Shown: positions 1 to 14,648, numbered from the stretch's first letter. The stretch is 64,000 bases of DNA from Gammaproteobacteria bacterium (GCA_029240715.1 JARDZR010000006.1:1104-65103), one strand, 5' to 3'. Translations and numbers: made by a program. The notes: generated from the letters alone by a model not told the origin.

Positions 1-992
1 AAGCCGATAGCCTTAGTGATATTTTATATTTTATGGCTTACTTTTTGCCCGTTTGGTGGGTATGGATGGGTTTTTCGTATTATGCTGATCAGTTTGAAAC
101 GAATGACTTTTTACATAAATGCCTATTTCTAATTGCCATGTTCCTTATCCTGGCATTGGCGGTCAGTATCAATAGCCAAGGTTTTGTTAATCCCAAAGCT
201 TTTGTCATTTGCTATGTCAGCTTAAGAATATTGTTATGGGCGCTGTATGCTAGGGCCTGGTATTTGGAGTCTGAATTTAGAACATTTTTAGCTTGTTATT
301 TAGCAGGCTTTGGCATTGGCATAGTGTTATGGACTTCCTCTTTATTTGTACCAGAGCACTGGCATTTCTATTGCTGGGGGCTGGCTATGCTAATTGAGCT
401 TTTGGCACCCATTCTATCTTATGTGCTATTAAACAAGTTCCCAACCCAGGTTTCGCATATGGATGAGCGCTTTGGCTTGTTTGTATTAATTGTGCTGGGT
501 GAAATGGTGGTTTTAGTTGGAAGCAGCCTAAGCCAAACTCATTTTCAGCCGCATCTGATTTTGTTGAGTTTTTTAGGCTTGTTGGTGATTTTTCAGGTCT
601 GGCAGCTTTACTTCGCTCATGCTGACCAGGATGTGATTCATCAATCTCTGCGAGGAGGTAAAATTGCTTTGGCTAAGTCCTTTGTATTCGGTTATAACCA
701 CTTTGGATTATTTGTCAGCTTGGTGATGCTCGCAGCAGGAATAGGGCGCATGTTGGATCAGGACGGGCTCACTCATTTTACTCAGAATATGATTCTTCTC
801 AGTTCAAGTGCATTTTTATTAATGATATCCATGATTCATTGGGCCACCCCGGCTGGACTCAGCGCTAAAAAGTTATTTTTAAGACTCAGTTCCGCTCTGA
901 GTTTATTTGGCTTTTGTTTTGCCAATCTTTCAGCGACAGCATTAATGTTGATGGTGGCCACGGTCTTGGGAGGATTGCTGGTTTTCGGCTAG
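1..992 (+). CDS. LtrA-family (low-temperature-requirement A-like) polytopic membrane protein; 5' end cut by the window edge
   Basis: Frame 3 is open from base 3 to the first ATG at 33, so the gene probably starts upstream of the window. The protein is very hydrophobic with multiple TM segments and carries PVWWVWMGFSYYADQFETNDF, which resembles the LtrA family signature as I recall it. Confidence 0.6.
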   Translation, partial: ADSLSDILYFMAYFLPVWWVWMGFSYYADQFETNDFLHKCLFLIAMFLILALAVSINSQGFVNPKAFVICYVSLRILLWALYARAWYLESEFRTFLACYLAGFGIGIVLWTSSLFVPEHWHFYCWGLAMLIELLAPILSYVLLNKFPTQVSHMDERFGLFVLIVLGEMVVLVGSSLSQTHFQPHLILLSFLGLLVIFQVWQLYFAHADQDVIHQSLRGGKIALAKSFVFGYNHFGLFVSLVMLAAGIGRMLDQDGLTHFTQNMILLSSSAFLLMISMIHWATPAGLSAKKLFLRLSSALSLFGFCFANLSATALMLMVATVLGGLLVFG

Positions 993-996
993 GCTG

Positions 997-3312
997 TTAA
1001 TCCTTTCCTGGCAGCACTGTGGCAGTCTGCTCTTGGTTGTTTTGGGCGTGTTCGCCAGCATTTAATGCGGGTGCAAAAGTGATGGCAGCCATCGCTCTTT
1101 CAGCAGAGTTAAGACTTGGGCTTGCTATGATTGGGCTTGAAAGTTGCACATGCTCTGTTTCTTCCTCTAAAGCGTAAATGGCTAGATCTAGTATAATTTC
1201 CCCAATTAAAACTTTGTCTTGCTCGCTTATTGAAGATTCCTGATTAAGCAAACGCGCTATTTTTTCATTCAATGCAGAAAGGTCGCTAACCTGATCAAGG
1301 TTAATCCGACGCTTGGCAAGCAGAACAAAACAGTTTATCGCATTAGAGCGTACGGTTGGGTTTTCATGAATAAAGAGATCTGCAACACTGTCCATTAGCC
1401 CAGCGCTTTCACCGGCAAGCTTTAGGTTTTCTGCATGAGATTTAATCAATTCAAATAAGGCTGTTAAGGCATTACCTTGGGCTTGATAATTGGCATGGTT
1501 TTTAAGGACGGGCACTAAGGCTTTGAAAATTTTTGGGTTTTTGCCAAGAAGCTCTTGGTTTTCAGGATTGTTTTTAGCAAGCTGCGCCAGTTGGAAAGTT
1601 GCATTTCTTTGTAAATCTGCATATTCAGCATGGGTATCTGATATAGCATCCAGCAGCTTTGTTTGAACAGAAGGGTTGGCTGCAATCATAGTAAAAGTAG
1701 AAGGGTGGCCATTTGTCAGCAAAGATAAAACTCTTAAGCTGTTAATGTTTGATAGTTCCGGGCTGTTGAGGCTGTTTAAAAAATATTTAAGGTCCACTTT
1801 GGCAAGGACCGCAGCTTGTCGATCCGAATTCTCCCCGGCAACACATTCTAAAGCAAGGATCAATTGATTTTTGATTTCAGAATGAGCAGAGCTTTCTAAA
1901 ACAGCGATGACGTTATTGATAAACTCTGGGTGAGCAAGCATTCTGGCTTGATAGTCAGTGTTAAATGCGGTCAAATTTTCGATGGCTAGAGCTGTTTTGT
2001 ATAAAATTTCAAGATGATTGCTTTTAAGGGAAGTGATGAGCTGCTCAGTCAATCTAGCGTCCAAAAAATCGGTGTGCTTAAACGATAAAGCATTAATGAG
2101 TGAAAGTGCGGATAATTTTGAATGTTGTTCTTGGTTTGTATTTTCATGATTGCGTGGCCCTGAGACATGAAAGTAAAGTAAGCTATTGAGAGCCTCGACA
2201 ACAATTTGCATTTGGGTGTCGGATAATAAAAAATCAGGATCTTTGAGGGCCAATTGCTCTATAATATTGCAAGCAAAGATTTTAACGCTTATGTTGCTGC
2301 TCGCCAGCACTTCGATAATAAAATTATTCAACAGTGCATTTTTGCTAAGAACTGATATATCACCTGATGAGGTATCTGCTAAAGTTCTTAATATATATAA
2401 GGCCCGCAGAATTTGCGGTACGGCATCCGCTTCTTTGGCATAATCTTTAAGAAGTGCTGCAAGAGTCGAGATTGCCACAGGGCTTTGTGCAATTCTTGTT
2501 CTTAATAAAGCTGAATTAATTAATTCAGCCAAAATCATCAGAAAGTTGTAGTTTAGCTTTGGGTCCTTGTATTTAAATGCTTCAAAAATCTCAAGAACAG
2601 GCATGTTAATAAAAAGGCTTGCAGCATGAGGAGTTAATTTATTTAACATAAACAAAATTTCATTCACATGAGCTTGTATTTTTTTTGGTTTTTCTATGCT
2701 GGGATCTGCTTTTAAAAGTAAGCAGGCATTTTTAAGCAAGTCTGGATGGGCCAAAACAATTTTTTGACTATCTGGTAGCATCAATAAATTATTTAAAAGA
2801 ACGAGTGCATTGGCTTTTGCTTCAAATGAAGCAAGGGCATCACTCATGATTCCCGCGAGTATATCAAACACATTTAGCCCATTAACCTTGGTGCTTACAG
2901 CTATTTTTGAATTTGCTTCATGCGCCCTAATTAGTTGGAGTAAACCTGCTACAAGGCCAGAAAATGCTGGATGAGTTTTTAGCTTGGCTAGTTTTGATAT
3001 GAGGATTTGAATGATATCCGTTTTTGAGCCAACGTGATTTTGATTCAGCTTGTGGTTTTTTACTAAAATGCTGACGGCCATCGCAGCAGTAGCTATGTTC
3101 CCATTGGTTTCGTAATCGCTGGCTAAAATTGACCTCAATGCATGAAAAATCTCACGGTCACCCAATGCGCTTTGCATGCCTGGCTTTGGGATGGGAATGT
3201 CTGAAAATGGCTGGTCAGCGCATAAAAATATAATTTGATTTAATGCGGTTGATCTCAGTGCTGGATCACGGCTATGAAGCTGTGAGAGTAAGTCGTTAAT
3301 TTTTCCCTGCAT
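997..3312 (-). CDS. Armadillo/HEAT-repeat protein (eukaryote-like, candidate secreted effector)
   Basis: 771 aa from ATG 3312, with AAGGAA about 7 nt upstream; the track start at 3342 is TTG. The protein is all-helical. It has at least 6 degenerate ~40-aa repeats of the ARM pattern N/DxxxQxx(L/I)xxxPxxxxxL(V/I)xxL, e.g. NTDYQARMLAHPEFINNVIAVLES, NSDRQAAVLAKVDLKYFLNSLNS, NPENQELLGKNPKIFKALVPVLKN. No enzymatic motif was seen. Confidence 0.6.
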   Translation of the reverse strand: MQGKINDLLSQLHSRDPALRSTALNQIIFLCADQPFSDIPIPKPGMQSALGDREIFHALRSILASDYETNGNIATAAMAVSILVKNHKLNQNHVGSKTDIIQILISKLAKLKTHPAFSGLVAGLLQLIRAHEANSKIAVSTKVNGLNVFDILAGIMSDALASFEAKANALVLLNNLLMLPDSQKIVLAHPDLLKNACLLLKADPSIEKPKKIQAHVNEILFMLNKLTPHAASLFINMPVLEIFEAFKYKDPKLNYNFLMILAELINSALLRTRIAQSPVAISTLAALLKDYAKEADAVPQILRALYILRTLADTSSGDISVLSKNALLNNFIIEVLASSNISVKIFACNIIEQLALKDPDFLLSDTQMQIVVEALNSLLYFHVSGPRNHENTNQEQHSKLSALSLINALSFKHTDFLDARLTEQLITSLKSNHLEILYKTALAIENLTAFNTDYQARMLAHPEFINNVIAVLESSAHSEIKNQLILALECVAGENSDRQAAVLAKVDLKYFLNSLNSPELSNINSLRVLSLLTNGHPSTFTMIAANPSVQTKLLDAISDTHAEYADLQRNATFQLAQLAKNNPENQELLGKNPKIFKALVPVLKNHANYQAQGNALTALFELIKSHAENLKLAGESAGLMDSVADLFIHENPTVRSNAINCFVLLAKRRINLDQVSDLSALNEKIARLLNQESSISEQDKVLIGEIILDLAIYALEEETEHVQLSSPIIASPSLNSAERAMAAITFAPALNAGEHAQNNQEQTATVLPGKD

Positions 3313-3550
3313 TTTAAAATTCCTTGAGTCGTTTTTAAGCAAATATTGTTTTTTAAAACAAACTACACGCTAATCCTATCATTTTATGTGAATGGGTTTA
3401 TACATGCATATACATAGCAGTATCCATACTATTGTTGGCTTTATAGGGGCTTCAAGGAGCTAGAGAGAACTGTGTTTTTGTCTGTATGACTTGATTGCTA
3501 ATGAGCGTTGAAAGTTTGTGAAATGATTAAAACTTCTAAAGGTCTTTAAT

Positions 3551-3637
3551 TGGTGCCGAGAAAGAGAATCGAACTCTTACTGTATCTCTACAACCGGATT
3601 TTGAGTCCGGCGCGTCTACCAGTTCCGCCATCTCGGC
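3551..3637 (-). tRNA. tRNA-Leu (anticodon CAA), class II with long variable arm, CCA encoded
   Basis: The reverse complement reads GCCGAGA-TG-GCG..CGC-G-CCGGA CTCAAAA TCCGG-variable arm-AAGAG TTCGATT CTCTT-TCTCGGC-A-CCA. Acceptor, anticodon and T stems all pair, and the anticodon loop CU-CAA-AA gives CAA. Confidence 0.93.
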
Positions 3638-3797
3638 ACGCGAAACGCGATTATACTGGCTTCCTATTTCATGTCAAGCAAGAAAATTTCAACAGTATTC
3701 TCGATTTGAAAATGATCAATTGCCTTTATAGGCTTGTTATGCTTGCGTGAAATGGGCAAGATAGCTCATCTGGTAATCATTCGACTGGGTTAAAGCT

Positions 3798-5051
3798 ATG
3801 CAAAAACTGACTAGATTGACTTTGATTTCAAGTATCGGTTCTGCTTTGGAATATTATAACTTTGTTACCTACGCTATGTTGGCGGCTTATTTAAGTGCTT
3901 TGTTTTTTCCCAAAGACAATCCCATCAACGCACTGCTTGAGGTCATGACTTTATTTTCGGTAGCCTATTTAGCTTCTCCATTTGGTGCTGTTCTTGGTGT
4001 GTGGGCGGATAGAAATGGTAGAAAAACCATCTTTCTGATCAGTATTTTGCTGATGGCTTTTGCCACTTTTGCCATGGGGTTTTTGCCTACTTCTCATCAA
4101 ATTGGCCTATGGGGCACCTTGGCCATTATTATATTAAGACTTATCCAGGGCATTGCCCAGGGAGCTGAGCTTCCGGGTGGCATCACCTTTATTACTGAGC
4201 ATGGAGAAGACAGTAACCGTGGTTTTCTATGTGGCTTGGTCTTTATGGGGGTGGGCTTTGGTGCAGTGTTAAGCACACTGGTCAATACCATTTTAACTTC
4301 TGTGTTAAGCAATAATCAAATTATGCAATGGGGTTGGAGGCTGCCATTTATTTTGGGCGGCGCATTAGGCTTGCTTGGCTTTTTAGTCAGAAGAAAAGTA
4401 GAGGAAACGCCAGTTTTTTTAAAGCAGCGCCCCATTAATTATCAAATCCAATGGCAAGCAGTAAAAGATCATCGATTTCAGTTTTTAAGGGGCTTTGGCA
4501 TCATGCTGTTGCCAGCCTCAATGGTGACTTTTGGTCTGTTTTTGCCTGCATTTGTTGAAGAAAACTTTCGCTATACTGAAAAACAAGCTTTCTCAGCTTT
4601 GCTGCTCAGTTTTATCGTAACGAGCTTTTTGCTGCCATTGATAGGCTATTGTTCGGATAGAGTAGGGCGCAAGTTATTATTAAGCATGGGGATGTTTTTA
4701 ACGCTCCTGTGTCTATTGCCATTATTTGATTTGCTCAAACTTGATCATGACTGGGCATTGATTTTATTTATGTTAGGCTATCATTTGCTGATAGTCATAA
4801 TGGCGGGTTGTTATCCTTGTTTGTTAACGGAATTGTTTCCGACACCGATTCGCTATACCGGCGTGACTTTGTGCTACATGGGATGCTATTCTTTTGCGGG
4901 TTTAGTACCTTTTATCATTATAAGTTTGTATAAATATAGCCTGCGCCCGGAGTTTGCAGTAGTTTTGGTATTGTTTATCTGCGGACTAATTTCCATTTTG
5001 TCCTTGGCGAGGGCGCCAGTATTAAAGGCATTGTCTGATGAAGCTATCTGA
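3798..5051 (+). CDS. MFS transporter, metabolite:H+ symporter (ProP/KgtP-like) family
   Basis: 417 aa with about 12 TM segments. The N-terminal [25 protein letters not shown] matches the ProP-type G.a.EwfDF..Y......FFP signature, and a GRK loop follows TM2. Confidence 0.75.
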   Translation: MQKLTRLTLISSIGSALEYYNFVTYAMLAAYLSALFFPKDNPINALLEVMTLFSVAYLASPFGAVLGVWADRNGRKTIFLISILLMAFATFAMGFLPTSHQIGLWGTLAIIILRLIQGIAQGAELPGGITFITEHGEDSNRGFLCGLVFMGVGFGAVLSTLVNTILTSVLSNNQIMQWGWRLPFILGGALGLLGFLVRRKVEETPVFLKQRPINYQIQWQAVKDHRFQFLRGFGIMLLPASMVTFGLFLPAFVEENFRYTEKQAFSALLLSFIVTSFLLPLIGYCSDRVGRKLLLSMGMFLTLLCLLPLFDLLKLDHDWALILFMLGYHLLIVIMAGCYPCLLTELFPTPIRYTGVTLCYMGCYSFAGLVPFIIISLYKYSLRPEFAVVLVLFICGLISILSLARAPVLKALSDEAI

Positions 5052-6060
5052 TTTTGATTATGAATTACCTAAAGAGCTGATTGCTGTTAAGCCATTAGCT
5101 GAAAGAAGTGCTAGCCGATTATTGGTATTAAATAAAGATAATGGCGAAATTTCGCATCGAAAGTTTGCTGATATCGTTGAGTTTTTAAACCCAGGTGATT
5201 TGTTAGTATTTAACAACAGTAAAGTCATTCCGGCTAGGATCTATGCCAAAAAGCCCACGGGCGGTCAGGTTGAGATTTTAATAGAAAGGGTCTTGAGCGA
5301 ACATAAGATTTTGGCGCATGTTAGAGCCAGTAAGTCGCCTAAAGCAGGCACTGTATTGATTGCGCAAGAAGGTTCAGAGCTGGTTTGCCAAGGCAGGGAA
5401 AATGATTTATTTGTTTTAAGCTTGAGCGGCCATAAAAATATTTGGCAGCTAATGGAAGAAGTAGGTCATATGCCTTTGCCGCCCTATATCGAAAGGCATG
5501 ATGAAGACTTTGATAAAGAACGCTATCAAACTGTTTATGCTGAACCAAGAGGCTCTGTGGCCGCTCCCACGGCCGGACTTCATTTTGATCAAGCTTTGCT
5601 GGATCAAATAAAAAGCAAAGGAGTGGAATTTGCTTATGTTACCTTGCATGTTGGCGCAGGAACTTTTCAACCCGTTAGAGTTGACAATATTTTAGAACAT
5701 AAAATGCATAGTGAAACCATAGAAGTGCCTATTGATACCGTTGCTAAAATTGAAGCGGCTAAGAAAAACGGTAAAAGAGTGATCGCAGTAGGGACCACTA
5801 GCGTTAGGTCACTGGAGTCAGCGGCTCAAGCTGGAAAGCTCAAAGCTTATACTGGAGAGACCCAGATTTTTATTTACCCAGGCTACAAGTTTCAGGTAAT
5901 CGATGCTATGATCACCAACTTTCATTTGCCGCAATCCACTTTGCTTATGCTGGTGAGTGCTTTTGCTGGATCAGAACATATCCGGCATGCATACGCGCAA
6001 GCGATTAAAGAGCGCTATCGCTTCTTTAGTTACGGGGATGCGATGTTGATTACTGGCTAG
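5038..6060 (+). CDS. queA: S-adenosylmethionine:tRNA ribosyltransferase-isomerase
   Basis: Collinear with E. coli Que[102 protein letters not shown]. Confidence 0.95.
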   Translation: MKLSDFDYELPKELIAVKPLAERSASRLLVLNKDNGEISHRKFADIVEFLNPGDLLVFNNSKVIPARIYAKKPTGGQVEILIERVLSEHKILAHVRASKSPKAGTVLIAQEGSELVCQGRENDLFVLSLSGHKNIWQLMEEVGHMPLPPYIERHDEDFDKERYQTVYAEPRGSVAAPTAGLHFDQALLDQIKSKGVEFAYVTLHVGAGTFQPVRVDNILEHKMHSETIEVPIDTVAKIEAAKKNGKRVIAVGTTSVRSLESAAQAGKLKAYTGETQIFIYPGYKFQVIDAMITNFHLPQSTLLMLVSAFAGSEHIRHAYAQAIKERYRFFSYGDAMLITG

Positions 6061-6114
6061 GGTTTATAACGCTTGGTTGCCGGGGTCCTGCCAGGTGATT
6101 TTGAGAAGGGATAA

Positions 6115-7242
<1,128 letters not shown>

Positions 7243-7359
7243 CATGGCCTTTGACAAGTCCCGACTGAGCTAAACAATAATCAGCTCAAGCTGAGGCTTT
7301 TAAAGCATTATGCTGAGCCTGTTGAACCATATGTTGTAAAATGATAATAGGAGATTTAT

Positions 7360-7719
7360 ATGAAAAAGTTAGTCAGTATATTAGGTTTGTCGGCCATTGC
7401 AGGAACAGCGGTAGCGGATGGATTAGGTCAAGCGCCAGCTCAAGGTTCTAGCTTGCCCTCTATTTTGATGTTGGTGGTAATGGTAGCAATATTCTACTTT
7501 TTACTTATCCGCCCACAAATGCGCAAAACCAAAGAACAGCGCGAGCTCATTAGCAGCTTGGAAAAAGGCGATGAAGTCGTCACCACAAGCGGTATTTTTG
7601 GCAAAATAAGCAAAGTAGAAGATACTTTTGTAATATTAAGCATTGCTAACGGAGTAGAGATTAGAATTCAAAAGCAAGCTATCATTAGCATGTTGCCAAA
7701 AGGCAGTCTGGAAGCATAA
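7360..7719 (+). CDS. yajC: Preprotein translocase subunit YajC
   Basis: Single TM followed by FYFLLIRPQMRKTKEQRELISSLEKGDEVVTTSGIFGKI, the YajC signature. AGGAG Shine-Dalgarno sequence (SD), and located between tgt and secD. Confidence 0.9.
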   Translation: MKKLVSILGLSAIAGTAVADGLGQAPAQGSSLPSILMLVVMVAIFYFLLIRPQMRKTKEQRELISSLEKGDEVVTTSGIFGKISKVEDTFVILSIANGVEIRIQKQAIISMLPKGSLEA

Positions 7720-7730
7720 GGATCTATAGA

Positions 7731-9620
7731 ATGTTTACACCTAGAAATTCAGTACCTTTAAATTGGTACCCACTCTGGAAATACGTGCTAATTGTGGTGC
7801 TGATTTTTCTAGCATGTCTTTACGCATTGCCCAATATTTTTGGTGAAAGTCCGGCTGTGCAGGTCTCCCCCAAAGGCGGACAGACTGTTAGCTCCAGCAT
7901 GGTCTCTAATGTCCAGCAAATTTTAAACAGCAGCAATATTTCCTATAGGAACCTAAGCAGTAGTACCTATGATATTGAAATGATGTTTAATAACACTGAC
8001 CAGCAAATGCAAGCTCAGGATGCCTTGAAGTCAGCATTAGGCGATAACTATATTGTAGCAATCAACTTGGCGCCAAATACGCCTAAATGGTTGATGAATC
8101 TAGGCGCTTATCCTATGAAGTTAGGCTTGGATTTGCGCGGCGGTATGTACTTTTTGCTTGATGTTGATATGCAGGTTGTCATCGATAATAAGCTGCAAAA
8201 TACAAGTGATCAGTTAGCCCAAGATTTAAGAACCCAAGATATTCGTTATACTGGAATTAATTTAATACCCAATCAAGGGATTCAAATTCAGTTCCGTGAC
8301 CCGGCAGTCATGAGCACTGCACAAAGTTATATTGCTTCACACTATTCAATGTTGGCTGTTTCAAAGTATCCTGGTCAGCCGTTAAATTTATTGCTTAACT
8401 TTAATCAGGCGGCTTTAACCCAAATTCAAGACTATGCTGTTCAGCAGACCGTAGAGGTCATGAGAAATCGAGTCAATGATTTAGGGGTGGCTGAAGCCTC
8501 TGTTGCGCGTGAAGGGCCAGATAGGGTGGTGGTTGAGTTGCCTGGTGTTCAGGATGCGGCTCGAGCTAAATCTATTATCGGCGGAACAGCTACATTAAAA
8601 GTCATGTTGGTGGATGAACAAGCCAATTCACAGGCCGCAGTAAAAGGCAATGTGCCGATAGGTGATGGGCTGTATTATGATGCCAACAATAATCCTGTGG
8701 TATTGAAAAACCAAGTGGTATTAACCGGGAATTCTATTAGTGGTGCAAGCGTAGGCTATGACCCTCAAACCAGTCTTCCTGTAGTTCAGGTCAGTCTAAG
8801 CGGGCCTGAGGTGAATAATTTCAGCCAGGTGACAGGCGATAATATTGGTCATTTGCTGGCAATTGTTTTGGTTACCAATAGCTTTAATAAGCAAATGCTT
8901 AATGGCAAAGAAGTAACTAATACTCAAACCAATCAAACCGTGGTTAATGTGGCCACCATTCAAAGCCGTTTAGGAAATAACTTCCAAATTACTGGAATTG
9001 GCAATAGCAGAGCCGCTCAAGATTTAGCTTTAACCATTAGAGCAGGTGCCTTGCCCGCTCCAGTTCAAATTGTTGAGGAAAAGCAAATTGGGCCTTCTTT
9101 AGGGGTTCAAAATATCCAAATGGGATCTATTTCAGTAGTAGTAGCCATGGCTTTGGTTATGCTGTTTGTAGCATTTTACTATCGAGTGTTTGGCTTGATT
9201 GCTGACTTAGCTCTTATTCTTAATTTAATTTTTATCGTGGCGGTAATGTCATTAATGCCAGGGGCAACTCTTTCTTTGCCAGGCATAGCAGGTATAGTGT
9301 TAAATGTCGGTATGGCAATTGATGCTAATGTGCTTATTTTCGAAAGAATTAGGGAAGAGCTTCGCGGCGGTACTCCCGTTCAGGCTGCAATTCATGCGGG
9401 TTATGAAAGGGCTTTTTCAACTATTGTCGATGCTAACGTTACCACCTTTATAGTGGCAGTCATTCTATTTGCGATTGGTACCGGGCCGGTTAAAGGTTTT
9501 GCCGTTACTCTAATGATTGGTATTATCACCTCGATGTTTACAGCCATTATGATTACTCGAGGCATTGTGAATTTAATTTATGGTAAGCGTTCTGTTAAAC
9601 GCTTATCCATTGGTATATAG
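7731..9620 (+). CDS. secD: Protein translocase subunit SecD
   Basis: Collinear with E. coli SecD over its full length: YPLWKY, MKLGLDLRGG, LRNRVN.LGVAE, VVELPG, IQSRLGN.F.ITG, RAGALPAPVQIVEE, LPGIAGIVL, DANVLIFERI.EE. Confidence 0.95.
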   Translation: MFTPRNSVPLNWYPLWKYVLIVVLIFLACLYALPNIFGESPAVQVSPKGGQTVSSSMVSNVQQILNSSNISYRNLSSSTYDIEMMFNNTDQQMQAQDALKSALGDNYIVAINLAPNTPKWLMNLGAYPMKLGLDLRGGMYFLLDVDMQVVIDNKLQNTSDQLAQDLRTQDIRYTGINLIPNQGIQIQFRDPAVMSTAQSYIASHYSMLAVSKYPGQPLNLLLNFNQAALTQIQDYAVQQTVEVMRNRVNDLGVAEASVAREGPDRVVVELPGVQDAARAKSIIGGTATLKVMLVDEQANSQAAVKGNVPIGDGLYYDANNNPVVLKNQVVLTGNSISGASVGYDPQTSLPVVQVSLSGPEVNNFSQVTGDNIGHLLAIVLVTNSFNKQMLNGKEVTNTQTNQTVVNVATIQSRLGNNFQITGIGNSRAAQDLALTIRAGALPAPVQIVEEKQIGPSLGVQNIQMGSISVVVAMALVMLFVAFYYRVFGLIADLALILNLIFIVAVMSLMPGATLSLPGIAGIVLNVGMAIDANVLIFERIREELRGGTPVQAAIHAGYERAFSTIVDANVTTFIVAVILFAIGTGPVKGFAVTLMIGIITSMFTAIMITRGIVNLIYGKRSVKRLSIGI

Positions 9621-9629
9621 GATAAGCCC

Positions 9630-10580
9630 ATGGAATTTTTTAAACAAAAAACCAATATCGATTTTCTGGGAATTCGCAAATGGAGCTGGTTGCTATCCGC
9701 ACTGCTCATTATCGCGTCATTTGTTTCATTGGGAGTTAGAGGCATTAACTGGGGCCTGGATTTTACGGGCGGATATTCAATTCAAGTCCATTATCAAAAC
9801 CAACCTAATCTTGATCAAGTGCACAGCCAGTTGGCCCAGGCAGGCTTAAGTCATGTCGATGTCGTTACATTTGGCTCAACCAAGGATTTAATGTTGAGCT
9901 TGTCGCCTTCTCAAGATATGCAAAACCAAATCGTGAGTGCTCAAGGCCAAAGCGAGCAGGAACAGTTAGCTTCTCAAGTTCAATCGGCTTTAGGCAGTTC
10001 GGTGCAAATAGTTGCTGTGAACTATACAGGGCCTGAAGTAGGCGCAGAGTTGGCACAACGCGGAATGCTGGCAATGTTGATCGCCGTGTTAGCGATTATG
10101 GCCTATATCGCTCTAAGGTTTGAAATGCGTTTTGCAGTGAGTGCAGCAATTGCTTTGGCGCATGACCCGATTATTATTATGGGTATTTTTTCAGTATTTC
10201 AGTTGAAGTTTGACCTCACAGCTTTAGCAGCGGTTTTGGCTGTTATTGGCTATTCTTTAAATGATACCGTAGTCGTGTATGACAGGATTCGGGAAAACTT
10301 TAGAAAAATGCGTAAAGCAGGAGTCGAGGAAGTGGTCAACCGTGCTATTAATGATACGCTGTCCAGGACCATTATGACTTCAGGTTTAACCTTTATTGTT
10401 GTCACGGTTTTGTTTTTGTTAGGCGGGCCAAGCATTCATTATTTTTCATTGGCCCTAATGATTGGGGTGATAGTGGGTACTTATTCTTCGATCTATATTG
10501 CAGGGGCGTTGGCAGTATTGTTTGGTTTAAATCGACAAGCCCTGGTTCCAAGCCCTAAGCAAGTTGATGACCGCCCTTAG
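9630..10580 (+). CDS. secF: Protein translocase subunit SecF
   Basis: Motifs GINWGLDFTGG, ALAHDPIII, IGYSLNDTVVVYDRIRENFRK and the C-terminal TM bundle. Follows secD. Confidence 0.95.
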   Translation: MEFFKQKTNIDFLGIRKWSWLLSALLIIASFVSLGVRGINWGLDFTGGYSIQVHYQNQPNLDQVHSQLAQAGLSHVDVVTFGSTKDLMLSLSPSQDMQNQIVSAQGQSEQEQLASQVQSALGSSVQIVAVNYTGPEVGAELAQRGMLAMLIAVLAIMAYIALRFEMRFAVSAAIALAHDPIIIMGIFSVFQLKFDLTALAAVLAVIGYSLNDTVVVYDRIRENFRKMRKAGVEEVVNRAINDTLSRTIMTSGLTFIVVTVLFLLGGPSIHYFSLALMIGVIVGTYSSIYIAGALAVLFGLNRQALVPSPKQVDDRP

Positions 10581-10594
10581 TGTAAGGAGTGTTT

Positions 10595-13472
<2,878 letters not shown>

Positions 13473-13553
13473 AATTATAAAAAAATATGTAAAATCCGAC
13501 TATAATAGTATATAATAACTATTAAATTTGCAGGGAAGCAAAAGAGAGGCGCT

Positions 13554-14582
13554 ATGCAAGGCAAGTCGGGACTTAAAAAAATCAATCCGCAACAGCAAAA
13601 ACCTTTTATTGATATGGCTTTTCAGGACCTCAAAAAAAGCATGAACGGCGCTTATTCATTTAGTCTTATGAATAACTTTTTTAAAAAACATCAAATGCTA
13701 GTCCAAACATTTTCCCCAGAAAACCGCGCCTATTATAAACAAAAGCTAAGCGAATTTCCTAAACAGTTTGCTGCTCAAACTAGCGTAAAAAGAGATAAAG
13801 TCATAACGAATATGCAAGCGACTGTGGCTAAGGCACAAGCTCTAAACACTATGGCTCAGGCAGTCATCGCTAAAGCCCCCCAAGTGAAATCCGCTCCTGT
13901 GCAACAGTCCCTTTTTTCCAAAATAGCCAGTGCCATTAGTGAGGCAGTAAAATCGACATTCAGCGCTATTTCAAGCTTATTTAGCAAGGCTAAAGCCACA
14001 GAAAATGCAGTAAGCCCAAGTAGCTCTGTTTTAATAGGCACGGCTCCCAATATTTTAGGCCCTAAAGCCTCAGAGCAAATCGTCACCGACGGTAGCCCAG
14101 CTTCTTATGCAAAGCTTGCCATGCCAAGCGAACCCGAGTTCACTGCGTTTAGAGAGCCTGCACCTACTATGTTAGGTGAACAAGCGGCTCAAAAAATTAT
14201 GGACGAGCTTGAAGCGCTGGCTGCGCGTGACTCAGCAAGCGCTGACTTATACCAGGCTCCTGTTATGAGCCAGGTTAGGGAACCTGAGGTCCAATTAACC
14301 GATTTAAGCCCAGATCAGGCTAAGCATTTAGCTGAAGCTTTGAATGAGGCTGAGGCAACTATAAACAGGGAAGGGGTTGCTGGCAGCTTAGCGCTTGATA
14401 TCCATGAAAATTTAAATAATATGCGGACAGATACTCAGCAATTAGCCTCAGCTTTAAATAAAGGAGTAGGCATAGCAGCAGGTACATTTGCTCAAGCTTC
14501 TAAGACATTACAGGATTTAAGCACTGAGCTTGATCGATCTGGACTGTCTAAGCTCGACAAGGATGACTTTGCTCCCCGCTAA
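13554..14582 (+). CDS. Hypothetical protein, low-complexity/probably disordered (orphan)
   Basis: 342-aa ORF with AGAGAGG upstream and an AT-rich region containing two TATAAT hexamers at 13501 and 13511. Rich in A/S/Q/K, with no signal peptide, TM segment or recognisable motif. Confidence 0.5.
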   Translation: MQGKSGLKKINPQQQKPFIDMAFQDLKKSMNGAYSFSLMNNFFKKHQMLVQTFSPENRAYYKQKLSEFPKQFAAQTSVKRDKVITNMQATVAKAQALNTMAQAVIAKAPQVKSAPVQQSLFSKIASAISEAVKSTFSAISSLFSKAKATENAVSPSSSVLIGTAPNILGPKASEQIVTDGSPASYAKLAMPSEPEFTAFREPAPTMLGEQAAQKIMDELEALAARDSASADLYQAPVMSQVREPEVQLTDLSPDQAKHLAEALNEAEATINREGVAGSLALDIHENLNNMRTDTQQLASALNKGVGIAAGTFAQASKTLQDLSTELDRSGLSKLDKDDFAPR

Positions 14583-14648
14583 GCTGCTTAAGATAAAGGC
14601 AGCGGGTTCATTGACATTTCCCTGATTTCTCTATACCATTGCCCGGCT

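Noticed and set aside
3550-3750. 66-aa plus-strand ORF.
   Set aside because: It overlaps the well-folded tRNA-Leu on the opposite strand, so it is a by-product of the tRNA sequence.
14611-14639. Very good sigma70-like promoter TTGACA-17 nt-TACCAT upstream of yceD.
   Set aside because: The -10 hexamer ends only 9 nt before the yceD ATG (14649). The transcript would be essentially leaderless and lack an SD. This may be coincidence, so I did not report it as a feature.
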